From the human T2T-CHM13v2.0 reference genome, Homo sapiens: a DNA stretch of 64,000 nt. The translations under genes and the position numbers were made by a program. The notes under the pieces were generated by a model, which saw only the letters and a list, made by a program, of their open reading frames with translations, did no database searches and had not been told where the DNA came from. Location of the stretch: NCBI RefSeq assembly GCF_009914755.1, contig NC_060937.1. One strand, given 5' to 3'. Shown in pieces: positions 44,751 to 57,690 of the stretch. Position 1 is the stretch's first letter. Every line of letters begins with the position of its first letter.

Positions 44751-45589
44751 AATATTTGATCACAATTTATTACCTCATTTTAAATACCTTCTCGATTCTG
44801 TCATAAAAGTATTAAACAACCAATAACAATAATTCTCCCGAACAGAGCGCTCTCTCAGGATTTTGTAAACATAATTCGTTCTTTTTCCTTGTTGCAATAT
44901 ATAACCAAAGGTCAAAAAATTGAGATTTTGGTACAAATTATTTAATACGCAGTTTGATGCAAAAACTAACTTGACCATTTGGTTGTATAATTTCTCCACC
45001 TTATAACATTCTGCTCACGGAATAGTGATATAACTCATGATGTATTCTAGATAATGCAGAACATTACCTAGAACAAATGTAACTCAATAGTTTGGACTCG
45101 ATTGGACTTCAGTCATGTTAATAAATATAGTTGAAACCCCTTTATTAAAATCTTCTAAATTTTCCAAAAACTTAATTAAAATTTTTGAATATAAATAATA
45201 GGGAACAAAGATAAAATAACTTAAATATCCTCAGTTCTGCGTTAACTAGGTGCATAAACATAAATATAATTATATTTACTTATTTTTCATCGGATATTAT
45301 TTAATACCACTTGCATATGTGCAAACATGAAAATCATTTTTAAAATTTCATATTCCACCTTTGACTCTGAACCCCAAATTTACCTAAAATATTTTTGTCA
45401 TATTCTCATTTTCTCAATTTGTGTCTGTCATTTTGTAGTTTAATTAGTTACTAAGACCTCAGCAAATGTCCAACTTATAGCTGTATCTCACAAATTCCTT
45501 TTTAAAGAGGCATTTCCCCTCTCCTTCTTTCTGGTCCCAAGTACACATTATCTACCTGGGTGGCAAGTGACTTTCCCAATACATACAGT

Positions 45590-45815
45590 AAGTGCAGGGC
45601 CCAGGACCCACGATATTTTTAGAGACCCACAAAACATGTTTTAAAATAAATGAATAAATAAATAAAATAGGAAGTAAAACCAATATAAGAATAATGAATA
45701 GGTAACCATGAGTCCAGCCTGGATTATTTCTACCTTTATACCAATGTAGTCCTAAAATATAATTTTTAATATTTTTGCATGGAGAAAGGGGCCCACTAGG
45801 GCAAAAGTGCCTGTG
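45590..45815. mobile_element. Probable old hAT-type DNA transposon fragment
   Basis: cagggcccaggacccacg...ggggcccactagggcaaaagtgcct GC-rich ends around an AT core. Confidence 0.35.
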
Positions 45816-47621
45816 GTTGGGAGAAAGATGAGTCCTCCTGAGAGACTGCTTTCCTTCTGCTAGTGGCAAGTTTGTGGACCTTTCTGGTGAAGGTCAGAGC
45901 CTCTTCTTCCTAGGCAGGTCCAGACCGTTTGCTCTTTTGTGCTCCCAGCACCTAAATGTTGGCTCTTTTGAAGCCTCTGATGTCCCGCATGTGAATGTCT
46001 TCTCTGTGTGCTGGCATGACATCTTAATCCACAGACATCTTCTGTTCTACCATGTCCTCCTAGAAACCCAGGTATACCGCTGACAGATCTGAGAGCTCCT
46101 CATGCTCCCAGGTGCCACTTTTCTAGGCCTCATCTCCCTCTCCTTATTTCCCTTGTCCCAGCAGCACAGTTAGGGTTGAAAAGAGCAATAAATGGTTAAC
46201 GCCCTCTGGGAACCCATTCCACTCCCTGCCTCTCTGCCAGCTCACCTTTTGTGTCCTCCTCTTGACAAAAATAATCAAACCAGTTGGGCATTATTTGAAT
46301 CTTCCTATGGAATGAACAATGTGGCCCCAGACATAATTTAATTGGTAAAACACACAAAACATCTGTTTTGGTGATGCATGGTCATATATTAGTAACTAGT
46401 GGAGTGTGAAGGTAATATAGCCAGTACTTCCCATTTTATAGGTAAAATCTATATATTATTTAATATAAATAATAATATAGATAAAGTACAGAAATAACAT
46501 AAACAAATAACAAGAAATTGTCCAGAGGGAAAAATAAATCTTATTTGTTCAAATGAATTGGTTATTTCAAATTTTGTCCTGATGGAATATTTTCCCAGGG
46601 CACAATAAAACAGAAGACAAATTTTTACTGTAGGCACATAAAATGTCCCTTTTTTGTCACCATCACCTGAATTTTTTGGAAATAAAATTCAATAATTTCC
46701 TATGAAATACGAGCAGCTTGCTGATAGAATTGACTCCAATGGACACTAGATAAAATACCTTTGAATCAATATATCAAAATTTATTTTGTTTTTAAAAGAA
46801 ATATATCTCATTTGAAACTGTGAGATACACAAAGCCAAGATGTAATTTTTTAAAGGCTTCTAGAGTGTGTGTATATAAAATATAAAATTAAAAATAATTC
46901 GCATATATTTCAAAAAGTAATTAATATCTAAGAATATAAGTGCATTTAACAGAAAACAAGCTGAAAAGCTAGAATATAAACCAAATCTATTTGACCCCAA
47001 ATTCCAGGACATTTTTACTATATCAGTGATGGCAATTATGTACAACCTATGATGCAACCCGTCTCACCCACTCTCATAGTGGACATGGCTAATCAATCGT
47101 AACCATTTTCTGCCAAGTCAGCTGTGGTCTCCAAAGACCTCTCCACACAGAAGTTCAGAAAATCAGTCACAAGCAAGCATGCAACCTGAAACCTCTTTGC
47201 AATCTCTCTCTTATATCTGCAGCCTGTGTATACTTTGTCCAATTTTATCTAATAGGGATGATAAATTTTAAAAAATCCTCCAGTGTCATCTCCCTCTTGG
47301 AAATACATGTTTTTAATTTTTCTTACCATCAGGCAAATCCATGAAACGTATGTTCCTAGGGAAGGTGGGGAAAGATAAGTTTCTAGAATAAAAAAGCCCA
47401 TAGAGTGGGGGAAAATAATGATATAAGGAAGGTTCCAGAAAGGCATGCAAGTTTTTCTTCATGGGAAGGTTTCCTGTTGGAGAGGAGGGAGATTTGCGTG
47501 GGCCCTTACAGTGGGTGAAGATGCTACCTGAGTCATAAGAAATATCTAGTGCCTTCATCCCTAAACTGGGGCAAAAATGGAAAAAACAGACAGTGGGAAT
47601 GTGGAGAAGAGGATCATTTGA

Positions 47622-47624
<3 letters not shown>

Positions 47625-47685
<61 letters not shown>

Positions 47686-47745
47686 AAAAGAGAGAGAGAG
47701 AAAGAGAAGTAGAGAGACAGAGGGGAGAGAGGGAAAGGAAGAAGG
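47625..47745. repeat. Compound microsatellite (TG)n then (GA)n
   Basis: About 23 TG units directly followed by a purine-rich GA run. Confidence 0.97.
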
Positions 47746-48185
47746 GGACTAAATAAATTGGAGAAAAATCCAATAATACCTGGTCCCTTGTTATAATTTC
47801 TTTATTTTTTCAGCATACTATGTGTTGCCACAAATACAAAGTGACAGAAAGACACGATAGATGGGCTTGAGACTGTGCCCCAGCAGACACAGCCCCTTCT
47901 ACAATCTCTGGATGACATGTAGGAGGCTTTATGAGTCCTGGAAAAGAGCGCAGGTGGATAAGAGCATCTGTGGACCCCAGAAGTCAGGGATCTGGACAGG
48001 GGAAACTACTAGTTTAGAATTCATACCTAAGGCAATGATCAGCAAACATAGAATTCAACAGTGGATATACTAGCGCAGTGGGATGGCTGAGACTCTGCCC
48101 TGCTCATTCAGGTTTCCAGACCTAACTTTATGTCACTTGCTGTTGGCAGAGCTAACAGGAAACACAGCAGTTCCCGAGCCCTTAC

Positions 48186-48279
48186 CTTCACCGCAGTCTC
48201 CTCTTGGATGAGAATAACACGTTCCTCCGCACTCAGATGTCCTCTTAGGAAGTTGGATGGAGAGGCAAAAAATGTTTTG
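48186..48279 (-). other. Candidate 94 nt internal exon (non-coding or UTR)
   Basis: Minus strand: ctttttttttccccAG acceptor and AAG|GTAAGG donor. Confidence 0.4.
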
Positions 48280-48699
48280 CTGGGGAAAAAAAAAGCTAGA
48301 AGAGAGAGTTTAAACTTTAAATTCTTCAAATTGACTTCATAGTCACTAGGAGGAGGCAGTTTTGAGGAGATTGTTACATTTTAATAGCTTATTTGAGATT
48401 TTCCTCCCCCGCCATCAGAGGGAATGGAAACTCCAAATTACGATGAAATCAGTTAACAGTTAATAAGAAGTTGCATTTACAAGATACTCCTAAGGAAGGA
48501 GCATTTTATCTCATTTTTCCATTCTTCCATTTTCATTGTCTATGTAATCAGTTTTCAGCCACCAAAAGATGAACTCAGCAGAGATAAGTAACACTGGGAA
48601 TTTACCTGCAAGTACTATTATTCCCATTCTTCAGTGAGAGAACCAAATCTCACATTTGTTATGCATTTGGAGTCCTGCTGCTAGAAAGTTGCCAAGCAA

Positions 48700-48980
48700 A
48701 TATCTGAATGCCAGTCAGCCTGATCTCGCAATCTATCTTCTTTCCACCATAAACTGCTTCACATCCAAATACCTTGTTAGCTTCTTCATATTGACACCCC
48801 ATCAAGCACCTCAAACCAAATATATCCAAAACTGAACATATCATCTTTCCCAACAAACCTACTCTTTTATTCTATGTATTCATCTCAGATAATGTTGTCT
48901 AAACTAGAATCATGCAAGATTTCCCAATCTTTCTCATTCTTTTTAGTTGTTCAGCAAACCCTGTCCATTCTATCTTCTGC
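48700..48980 (+). mobile_element. L2 fragment
   Basis: agcacctcaaaccaaatatatccaaaactgaacatatcatctttccc. Confidence 0.7.
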
Positions 48981-49532
48981 ATGTCAGCACTCCACAGATA
49001 ATCTTGGGAGAAATGAATGCAGGATAGGAAATACCTATATAGAGATATTATAACTACAAATAACTGTGGTAGGAGCCACGGCTGGAAAATTTCACTGTTA
49101 CTTAAATAAAACCAAGCCAGTGTCTACAGTAAGTCAACCAATGAGCAACATGGAACCCAAGCACCTCCCTTGAAATCAGGTTTCATTTATTGAAAAAAGG
49201 AAATGAGATTCTTGGGAAGCTAGAAGGATACTCATTTTCAAATCAGATTCAATGAACACAAATCTCAAACGGAAGCACTATACAATTCAAAAATAATACT
49301 GAGGTGTTTAAGGAAACACCTGGAACCTGCTTTTGGAGGAGTCAATCAGAATGCTTTGCATTGTAGAGGAAGAAGGATTCTCCAAGAGAAAATCCACACT
49401 CCTGCACCTCATGGCAAGTACTGTGTACAAAAAGCTGTATGCACTGCCCAAAGAAAGAGGAAAAATCTCAGGGGCTTCCACTCATTCCTGAACAATCTAC
49501 AAAGCATGAGAATGATAGTTGCTATTGTTGTT

Positions 49533-49618
49533 CCTTTCTTCTTCCCTCCATCCCTCCCTCCTTCTCTCCTTCCTTTCTTCCTTCCTTCATTCCTTCCTTC
49601 TTTTCCTTTCTTTCCTTT
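49533..49618. repeat. (TTCC)/(TCCC) pyrimidine tract
   Basis: Direct reading of the sequence. Confidence 0.9.
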
Positions 49619-52234
49619 GACTTGTTCATTCATTTGCTTTTAGACTCACTGTGTTAGAGATCAGTTATAGAATTAGTTAATAGAATTGATATTCAATTAA
49701 TAGATTCAATATAAATTAATGAAAACTACATTTTACACTTAAAATAAGTTCAATAAAATTATATATGATTTTGTAAGATTTTGATATAAAATTTTATATT
49801 TTCTCATCAAAGAACAGGTGAAAAGAAAATACTTTATGTTTATTTACATTTCTCTTTTTCTTATCTAATTAGCTCTGCTAAAGATTTTGTACGTATCTTA
49901 GTCTTGTCCCACATTATCTTTGCTGACTCTTGCTTTTTTATTTCAAGGTCTTTCCTCAGACTCTGCTCAGGAACTCGCTCAAAGTTCAATTTAAGAGTCT
50001 ACTGTAGAGATTTGCATCCTTTGATTCCATCCAGCATTAGTCACCTGCTTTAATTGCCACATGACAATGCTTTGCCACTGGCTGCTCAAAGCTGTGTCTC
50101 TTCTGACCAACCTGGTGTTTGATCTGTTCCCCTTTGATTTGCACAATTCATTAAAATTCTATATTCTACAGTAATGTTGATAGTAAGCTTTAAATTCCTT
50201 TTGCTAAGAAATATAACCTCAAAATCACAAATATCTCACCATTATGTGTTATTGAATAACAACAGAATTTGACTTTGATTGATGTGAGTTGGAAAAAAAA
50301 TCGGCATTTTACAGAATCAGCAGGAGGCCTCGTAACATATGCTTTATGTTACATAGCTGAGAACAAAAGCCTAAATCATACACAGAATTTATCTGATGAG
50401 GAAACATAAATATTTCAGTGTGCATTGTGGGCCCTAATGCTCTGAGAATTATCACTGTAACATAGACTCATGACTTTATGCTTCTCTGGCCCCAGTGAGC
50501 TCCCAATCCCACTTGTGGAACAGGTGAATGTGATTATTAGAGTTTCCATGCCTAGTGCAAAGAAGGATGGAAAAATGAGCATCTCTAATTTTCTGTTTCT
50601 ATAAGGTTGATTCTGCTCCCTCTAAGACTCAGTTCTCTTAATACTATTCCAAATATAGGCAGAGAATGCAAATACTGAGCAGTCAAAAAAAAATGACAAA
50701 TGTCTACTACAGCATCTGAGTTGAAAATTCTTGCCATATCGTACAGAATCAAAAATGCCAATACACTGCCAGACTACCCAGTTTCCCAAGTAGCATAAAC
50801 ATGGATTCTTATTTAGCCATGTTCTTGGCCAGTTTCCCACGGGACACACACACACATACACACATACATAACACAAGGAAAATGAAATCACAAAGATACT
50901 TGCTCCTAAACTGCAACTGGAGCATGAATTTGTCTAAATGCTTAACTATTCCATGAAAAATAAAATATGACTAGATATTAATCAATTGGGAGTATTTTTA
51001 GTATGATTTTTGTTCATCTTGTTTTTTTGCTTGCTAATGACAGTTTTGTATGCCACTTCAGGTTAATTTTGAAAAATAAATACTGGATTAAATGCATTAA
51101 TATACTCTTATAATCATATCCCTGGAAAGGGTCTTATTACTGTTGAATAAAATCAACAGAAATACGATGAGTTTATGAGTCATAACCTATGCAAAATACA
51201 AGGCACTTTTTTTAAATAGGAAAAGCTTAAATTGTTAGACATAACTAAGCAAGAGTATACAGTTTTAGTATGCATAAACCAGAAGTGTTACAATTTTATA
51301 TCCATGAAGTAGGATATTGAATCATGAGCCCATATAAAAAGGAAAATTCAGTTATCATTTTCATTTTCTCTTCTTGTAAATATTCACATGGTACACTAAA
51401 TTGTCATTTTGTTTTATTTTGTTTTAATTAAGGGATGTAGTCTCATTCTTTAATTTAACTGTGTTAAGCAAACCAAATAGTTGAAATAAATCCAATGCAC
51501 CACCGTTGCCCGAAACCTCTACTGTTATATAGTACACCAGCACACTCTATTGGACACATAAGATAATAAATGTGGTCTCCAAAGCAACATTTTAATGTCA
51601 TTAAATTCTGCTATTTATTTCATTGACAAAGTATTCTTTTTTATACTTACTTTATAGAATAAGCAGAAATTACATGATATTCATGGAGAAATTCAGGATT
51701 TTGATATAGACGAGAATAAGAAATGTAAAAATTATGGCCATTTTCTACATACGTAGAGCTTGACCCAATAAATTGCGGGACAATGGGATGAGGATTGAGA
51801 AATGCCTTCAGATCAGGAATCGTCTTGCAGAGCAGACAGACCAAAACTAAGAAATTACCCATTCAACCAACATTTTTTGAGTGCCCACTATCTGTAAGAT
51901 GGGCTAATCCCGTGTGTACAAAAATGGCTAAGACATAGGTCTGCCCCAGCACTCTGAAAAAATTGTTAGAGCCAAAATATTTATAAAGTTTTTCTGGTCC
52001 TACATGAGCAAAATATGGATACAGCTCAATTTTTAGATGTCCAATGCCATAATTCTTGTGGCATATTTTGAGGAATTTAAAATTTTGTTCTCAGAAATAA
52101 GATAGAGAAGGTGTCAATTTAAGACCGTGGACTCTGGGGCACTTGTACCCACATCTGCCTGTGATTTTCTTTGGTACTTTAAGTAAAACGATTCTAGACT
52201 CATTTAATTATCTAGAAATTGTAAATGTCACTTA

Positions 52235-52465
52235 GGATGATAGTAAAACTGAGTTTTTTAGTGCTTATAATATGCTAAGCTTTTTTCTAAGGGCTTAGAA
52301 TGTGTTTTCTCATTTCGTCCACACAGCAACCCTATCAAATATTACTATTTTTTCCCACTTTGCTGATGAAAAGACTGAGGCATGAAGAACTTAAACAAAT
52401 ATCTGAAGATTACACAGCTTTTTAAAATAAATGACAGAGTTCGGGTTAAAACCCAGGGTGTCTGA
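52235..52465 (-). mobile_element. MIR
   Basis: ctcatttcgtccacacagcaaccctat..cccactttgctgatgaaaagactgaggc. Confidence 0.8.
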
Positions 52466-54424
52466 TAGGAGGGCTCTTTCTCTTAGGGTACATCACAGGA
52501 TATTTCTGTGATCAATTTATTTCATTCAAATGTGGGAAGGATAGCGAATGCTCCACAGCAGCTTTCAGGCTTTTAGAATATCAGGGATCTATACAGAAAA
52601 GGGGGCATCTAATTGTCTGTGGCTGAGGACTCATTATAATAACCCAAACTAATTGGTTTGTAACTTGTAGCCATTTGAGTAATTCTCTTATAATATGTCA
52701 GTCAGATCAAGATTGCTGGGACAACAATGGATATGTTGCAGACAGTGATAACCATGCTTCCGCCCTCAGTCGTCACCATGTGTACCATATTTTATACATG
52801 TTTTCTTACTCCCAGGCATACACAACATTAAAATAAATAAAATGGTTGATATCCTCATTTTTAATAAAAAAGAAAAAGGACATTTTAGTAACTACCATAA
52901 GTCAAATGAACTCTAATTCAGCATCAATATAGAATGAAGTGCTATAGTTCATCCACATTCTTATTAATAAATTCTGTATGATTCACATGCCCATTAATTT
53001 AGGTCTTGTATTCATCTAATTTGCTTACTTGTCCTCCCTATGATTGCAAAAATGTTGACAGTTTGGATTTTATTTTATGAGTCAGTTGCTTACATAACAG
53101 TACCAAATGTTAAATGTGGAAATTAAATGCCCTATAGTCAAAATAATGATAATTATTAACAATACAAAATAAACTGCCAAAGAGATCCTTACTCTAATGA
53201 CAAATATGCTAGCTTTAATAGAAACAAGTTGTTTCCTAAGCAGCTGTCACTCCTAACTCATTGAAACTGAAATGATTATGACCTGACACAGATTAGAAAT
53301 TCATACACACACACATAATATTGTAAGCATAAGGTATCTCAGCAATAATTCAACTTATAAAACCTGCGTTACACTCTTTTAATTAGGCAATTAAGAAAGA
53401 TACAAATGGGTACAAAAATTAGACAAAAATTATGGCAGAACATATATGTCATTATCTTGGAAGATTAAAACTAAACAAGTAGCAATAATGTCTGTTTTGA
53501 AGTGTCTTTTGGGTGAAATCATTAATAAACATGTTAAACCACTAGTTTCATAATGATAGAGAAAGTAATATTTCTGGATTTAAATATAAACATGATTATA
53601 ATTATTCAGCCTTGCCTTCAATTCTGACAAAGAAAAAAATGATATATAAGCTATGATGAAATATCTTTAGAGCATACTCTCATGATTTACAGCAAATTTA
53701 TATAGGCTCAATCGAAATGGTTCAAATCAAAATCCCTTATAATTCAGAGTGCAGATGAGGAGTTGTTTACACTAATCAATAACTATTATTTGAAGAATGT
53801 TGCAACTGGGATCTTAAGGAATCTTAAGACTCATTCATTCTTGGGAAAACTTTTGGTGGGTCTATGGTGCCCAAACATTCCGTGGGAATATCAAACTTGA
53901 ATTAGTCAATGTTGTATTTTTTCTCGTTCAATATTAAAATTAAAGCACTGATATGATTCAATTTATGTCATGCTAAAAAACAACGAATTCTAAACAAACT
54001 TTTCTGATGTTACTTGCAGATAAAAATACATTGCAGAATATGTGATTGATTAACACAAAGCTGGGGAAGCAGTTACATTTGGGATATAGACCAAGGAGAG
54101 GGATGTATTAGTGAGGAGTACACAGAAGGCTCTAAAGATACTGAGAGTGGGTGCTTTATTTGTTAATTTTAGCAGTGGTCATATAGGTGCTCATTTCATC
54201 CTAATTTTTAAAAATTGTACATGTGCAATTATGTATATTATATTCTATGTATAGCATAGTTCAAATTTAAAAAATTAAAGACTGACATGATTTTTGAAAC
54301 TGCTGGATGAGTTCATTTTGTCATCCTACATATCCTTTTGTTAGCTTATCTATTTATGTTCGATAATTACAGTGTTAAATTATTTCATAAGTTTTTTGAT
54401 GCAATGAAATACCTTAGGTTTACT

Positions 54425-54890
54425 AAATTTTAGTTCTTAATTTGTTTTAGTTAGAATAAAATACTGCTTCAAGTAAAAGAAGAAAAAAATAGTTGATTAA
54501 AAATATGAAGGTTTATTTATCTCACATTTAAAAATGTCTTGTAGGCAGTCAATCCAGGAGTGACATGATAGCGTTGCTCAAAAAATTCCTTGGGGACACA
54601 GGCTTTTTCCAGCTTCCTATACCAGTAACTCTAGTGGACTATGGCCTTTCCCCTCATAATATGAGATGGAGTTTCAGCAGCCGATCCAAGTTCCAAGAAA
54701 CTGGATAAAATGATCAGAAGAAGAAGAAAGGGGGAGGTGCAATATATTTCTATTCACATTCCATAGGCCAGATCTCAGTCACGTGGCCATATCTTCCTGC
54801 AAGGCAGGCCAAGAATGAAGTCTTCATTTTGAGTGGCCATGTGCCCAGCTAAACATCTTGTTACTGTGGAGGAAAAGAAACCATATTGAA
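54425..54890 (-). mobile_element. Old MLT1 (J/K-like) LTR
   Basis: gtttatttatctcaca, cacattccataggccagatctcagtcacgtggccatatc, ggccatgtgcccagctaaa. Confidence 0.7.
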
Positions 54891-56349
54891 AAGTACTGAG
54901 CAGGCTGAGAAACGAGGCAATATTAATCAGAAGACATAGCGTCTTTCTAATGATTCTGTTTACATTTTAAAAAATCCTCTTTTAATTTCAAGTTTATCAA
55001 ATTAGAAACTTCTTCTATTGATCTTTGTCTTTTAGCTCTTTAGATATTCAAATTCACAGACTGAATGTTTGTAACGACCATTCAGTAAACCCTGTTCTTT
55101 CTAAAAAACTAAATTATATTTTAACATAATACATTAAAATAAAAATATAAATTAAATCAATGTGTTGTCAGCTTTTGTTAAATTATAATTTCTGTAAGTT
55201 AAAGACTACTACTTGGATGAATAAAATTGCCAGTTTCCTATCATTGATTTGTTAACTATATTGAGTATTTTATTGTACTTCATCTTGGTCATAAGAAGGT
55301 AAATTTTAATATAAAAATACTAAACATAAGTTACGAGTGAAATTTTCTTTCCTACTATTATCATCATTTGACTTTAATAACACATTAAAATACGCTTTTT
55401 AAGTTTTATATTTCTTTTAGTAATTCATCTAAAACAGCATATCAGAATGTTAATTTTAGAATATTTCAAAGTAAAAATACTTTTCCTCATCCATTTACAT
55501 ATCTGAGCCAAAATTCTAAAATATTTTTAAAATACCCATTTAATATAGTGTGCTTCTTTCTGAGTTTACTTATAACCATTGAATGCATTATCTTAAAAAT
55601 AAACAACCAAAGAAAAATGTTGACTCATCTCTCTTTCTGAACTTCAAATTCTACTGATAAATCAGTTCCCATTTTGCAAGCAATGTTTTAACTTTTCTCA
55701 CCCATGTCAACAAATTAAACTGCTATATGTAATGAATAATATTTGATAGTCAAATCAGAAAAAACAATGAGCAAAAAGAAACTATAAGAAACAAAAATAT
55801 AATAGAAATGCATTTGCTTTTAGAAATGGCTGTATCTGGCTGTTCCATAAACTGACACCTCTTGATTAGCAAAGGGAAAAATGTCACAGGTGTAAGTAGT
55901 GATTTAGAGATGTGATATAGAAATATTCTCAAACATGAAGTGCTCCCATACAAGTTGAATCAGCAAACATTTTATTGACAAACCCTCAGTGAAAACCTGC
56001 TCAGAAAGTCCTGAGGCTGAATTCTGCAGCACCGCTGTCTAGCACCTGACTTGGAGATTCCCTATCTGGTGTCAAAGTCTCCCATTCTGAGATAGGGATT
56101 TTTTTATGTGTACTCAGCTTTCTATCAGATTCAGCACAAAGAAATGGTTAGGAGTCGCTTATTCAAATGGAAGAGTACATAGAGCTAAAAGCGACTTCTT
56201 TTTTGTGTGTGTTTTTGCTTTTTGTCCCTCTCCCTTTGTGTTATTTCAGATGACCTCCCTAGGCTTGAATACCCCACGGGTGGTTACAACTTGGAACATC
56301 TGTCCACAGCCTGGCGTGGTGACAACACCTGCTCCGCACTTGGCAGGGT

Positions 56350-56540
56350 GGCTGTATGGAATAGTGGTTTACCACATGGGCTATTCAGTCAGGGTGGTTG
56401 GGTTCAAATCCGAGCTCGGGTTAATTAACCTCTCAGTGCTCCAATAATCATTTGTATCATTAGTATGATTATAGAGGTGATGTATGGAAACAGGTAATAT
56501 TTGTAAAGTATCATGTATTAAGTGCTCAAAAATATGTATC
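56350..56540 (+). mobile_element. MIR
   Basis: atagtggttta..tgggttcaaatccgagctc..ttaacctctcagtgc..gtaaagt..taagtgctcaaaaa. Confidence 0.75.
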
Positions 56541-56891
56541 ATCATCATATATTTTACATTATATAGATGTATTATAAATATATGCATAAAGATGACATTT
56601 TAAGAAGGGAATTGGGTAAGGACATTGGAAATTAAAATTGTTCAATGTCAAAATACTTAGAAGAAGGAAGACAGTCATTTAAATGTCTATCAATCTCCTG
56701 AAAAATGTTATGATACTATGGCACCATTTACTCTTTGTTCCACCCTTGATGATTCTGATCACCTGCCAGGTCTGAGTTGTAAGCCTAGGTCTATATATAA
56801 TTTTTAGTTTTCCAAGCAATAATATATAGCCAAATTGGAGAATGCCTTGATCAGAATATCCTCATCAGTGATCAATATTTCTGATTCTAAC

Positions 56892-56971
56892 CCACCCACC
56901 CACCTACCTTCCTTCCTTCCTTCCTTCCTTCCTTCCTTCCTTCCTTCCTTCCTTCCTTCCTTCCTTCCTTC
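56892..56971. repeat. (CCCA)n/(CCTT)n microsatellite at the Alu tail
   Basis: About 16 perfect CCTT units. Confidence 0.97.
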
Positions 56972-57256
56972 TTTTTTTGACAGGGTCTCATGCTGTTTCT
57001 CAGGCTGAGTATTAGTGGTGCAATAACAGCTCACTGTAGCCTCGAACTCCTGGATTCAAGCACCCTCATGCCTCAGCCTTTTGAGTAGCTAGGACTACAG
57101 GCATGTGCCGCCATGCCTGGCTAATTTTTTATTTTTTCTAAAGACAGGGTCTCACTATGTTGCCCAGGTTGTTCTCAAACTCTTGGGTTCAAGCGATTCT
57201 TGAGCTTCGCCCTCCCAAAATCCTGGGGTTACAGGCTTGAGCCATTGTGCCCAGCC
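56972..57256 (-). mobile_element. AluJ
   Basis: gacagggtctc, aacagctcactgtagcctcgaactcctgg, ctcactatgttgcccagg. Confidence 0.93.
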
Positions 57257-57269
57257 TCAACTCACCTCT

Positions 57270-57690
57270 TCAACTTTTTCTTTCACTACTATCCTCTCTT
57301 CTCATCCTACTGCTTGTTGTTCTCTAAACACACCATGCTTTATTTCATATATATATATATATATATATGAGAGTTTGCATGAGCTACTACTGCTACTTAA
57401 ATAGGCTTCCCCAGAGTGCCTTTTCTACTGGCAAAGGCTTGCTCCTGTTTTAATACCCAGATCAACCATTCTGTCCTTCCCATGCTGAGCAAGATCAGTG
57501 GATCTCTTCTATGAATTCCCCGAGTCTGCTGCAGCCCCAATCCCACCTCATGTGAAGGTCTTAGGTCCCCAGAAGGTCACTAGACTGTGAGTTCCTTAAT
57601 GACAGAATTTTACATATTTTGTTTTCTCCAGTGGCTTTAGCACACTGCGTAATACAGAGTAGATACCTAAAGAATGATGGCAATGACTGA
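57270..57690 (+). mobile_element. L2 3' fragment containing (TA)n at 57347-57368
   Basis: cactagactgtgagttcctt..tagcacactgcgtaatacagagtagatacc. Confidence 0.6.

Noticed and set aside
56804-57034. ORF with repeated EGRK
   Set aside because: Translation of the (AAGG)n microsatellite.
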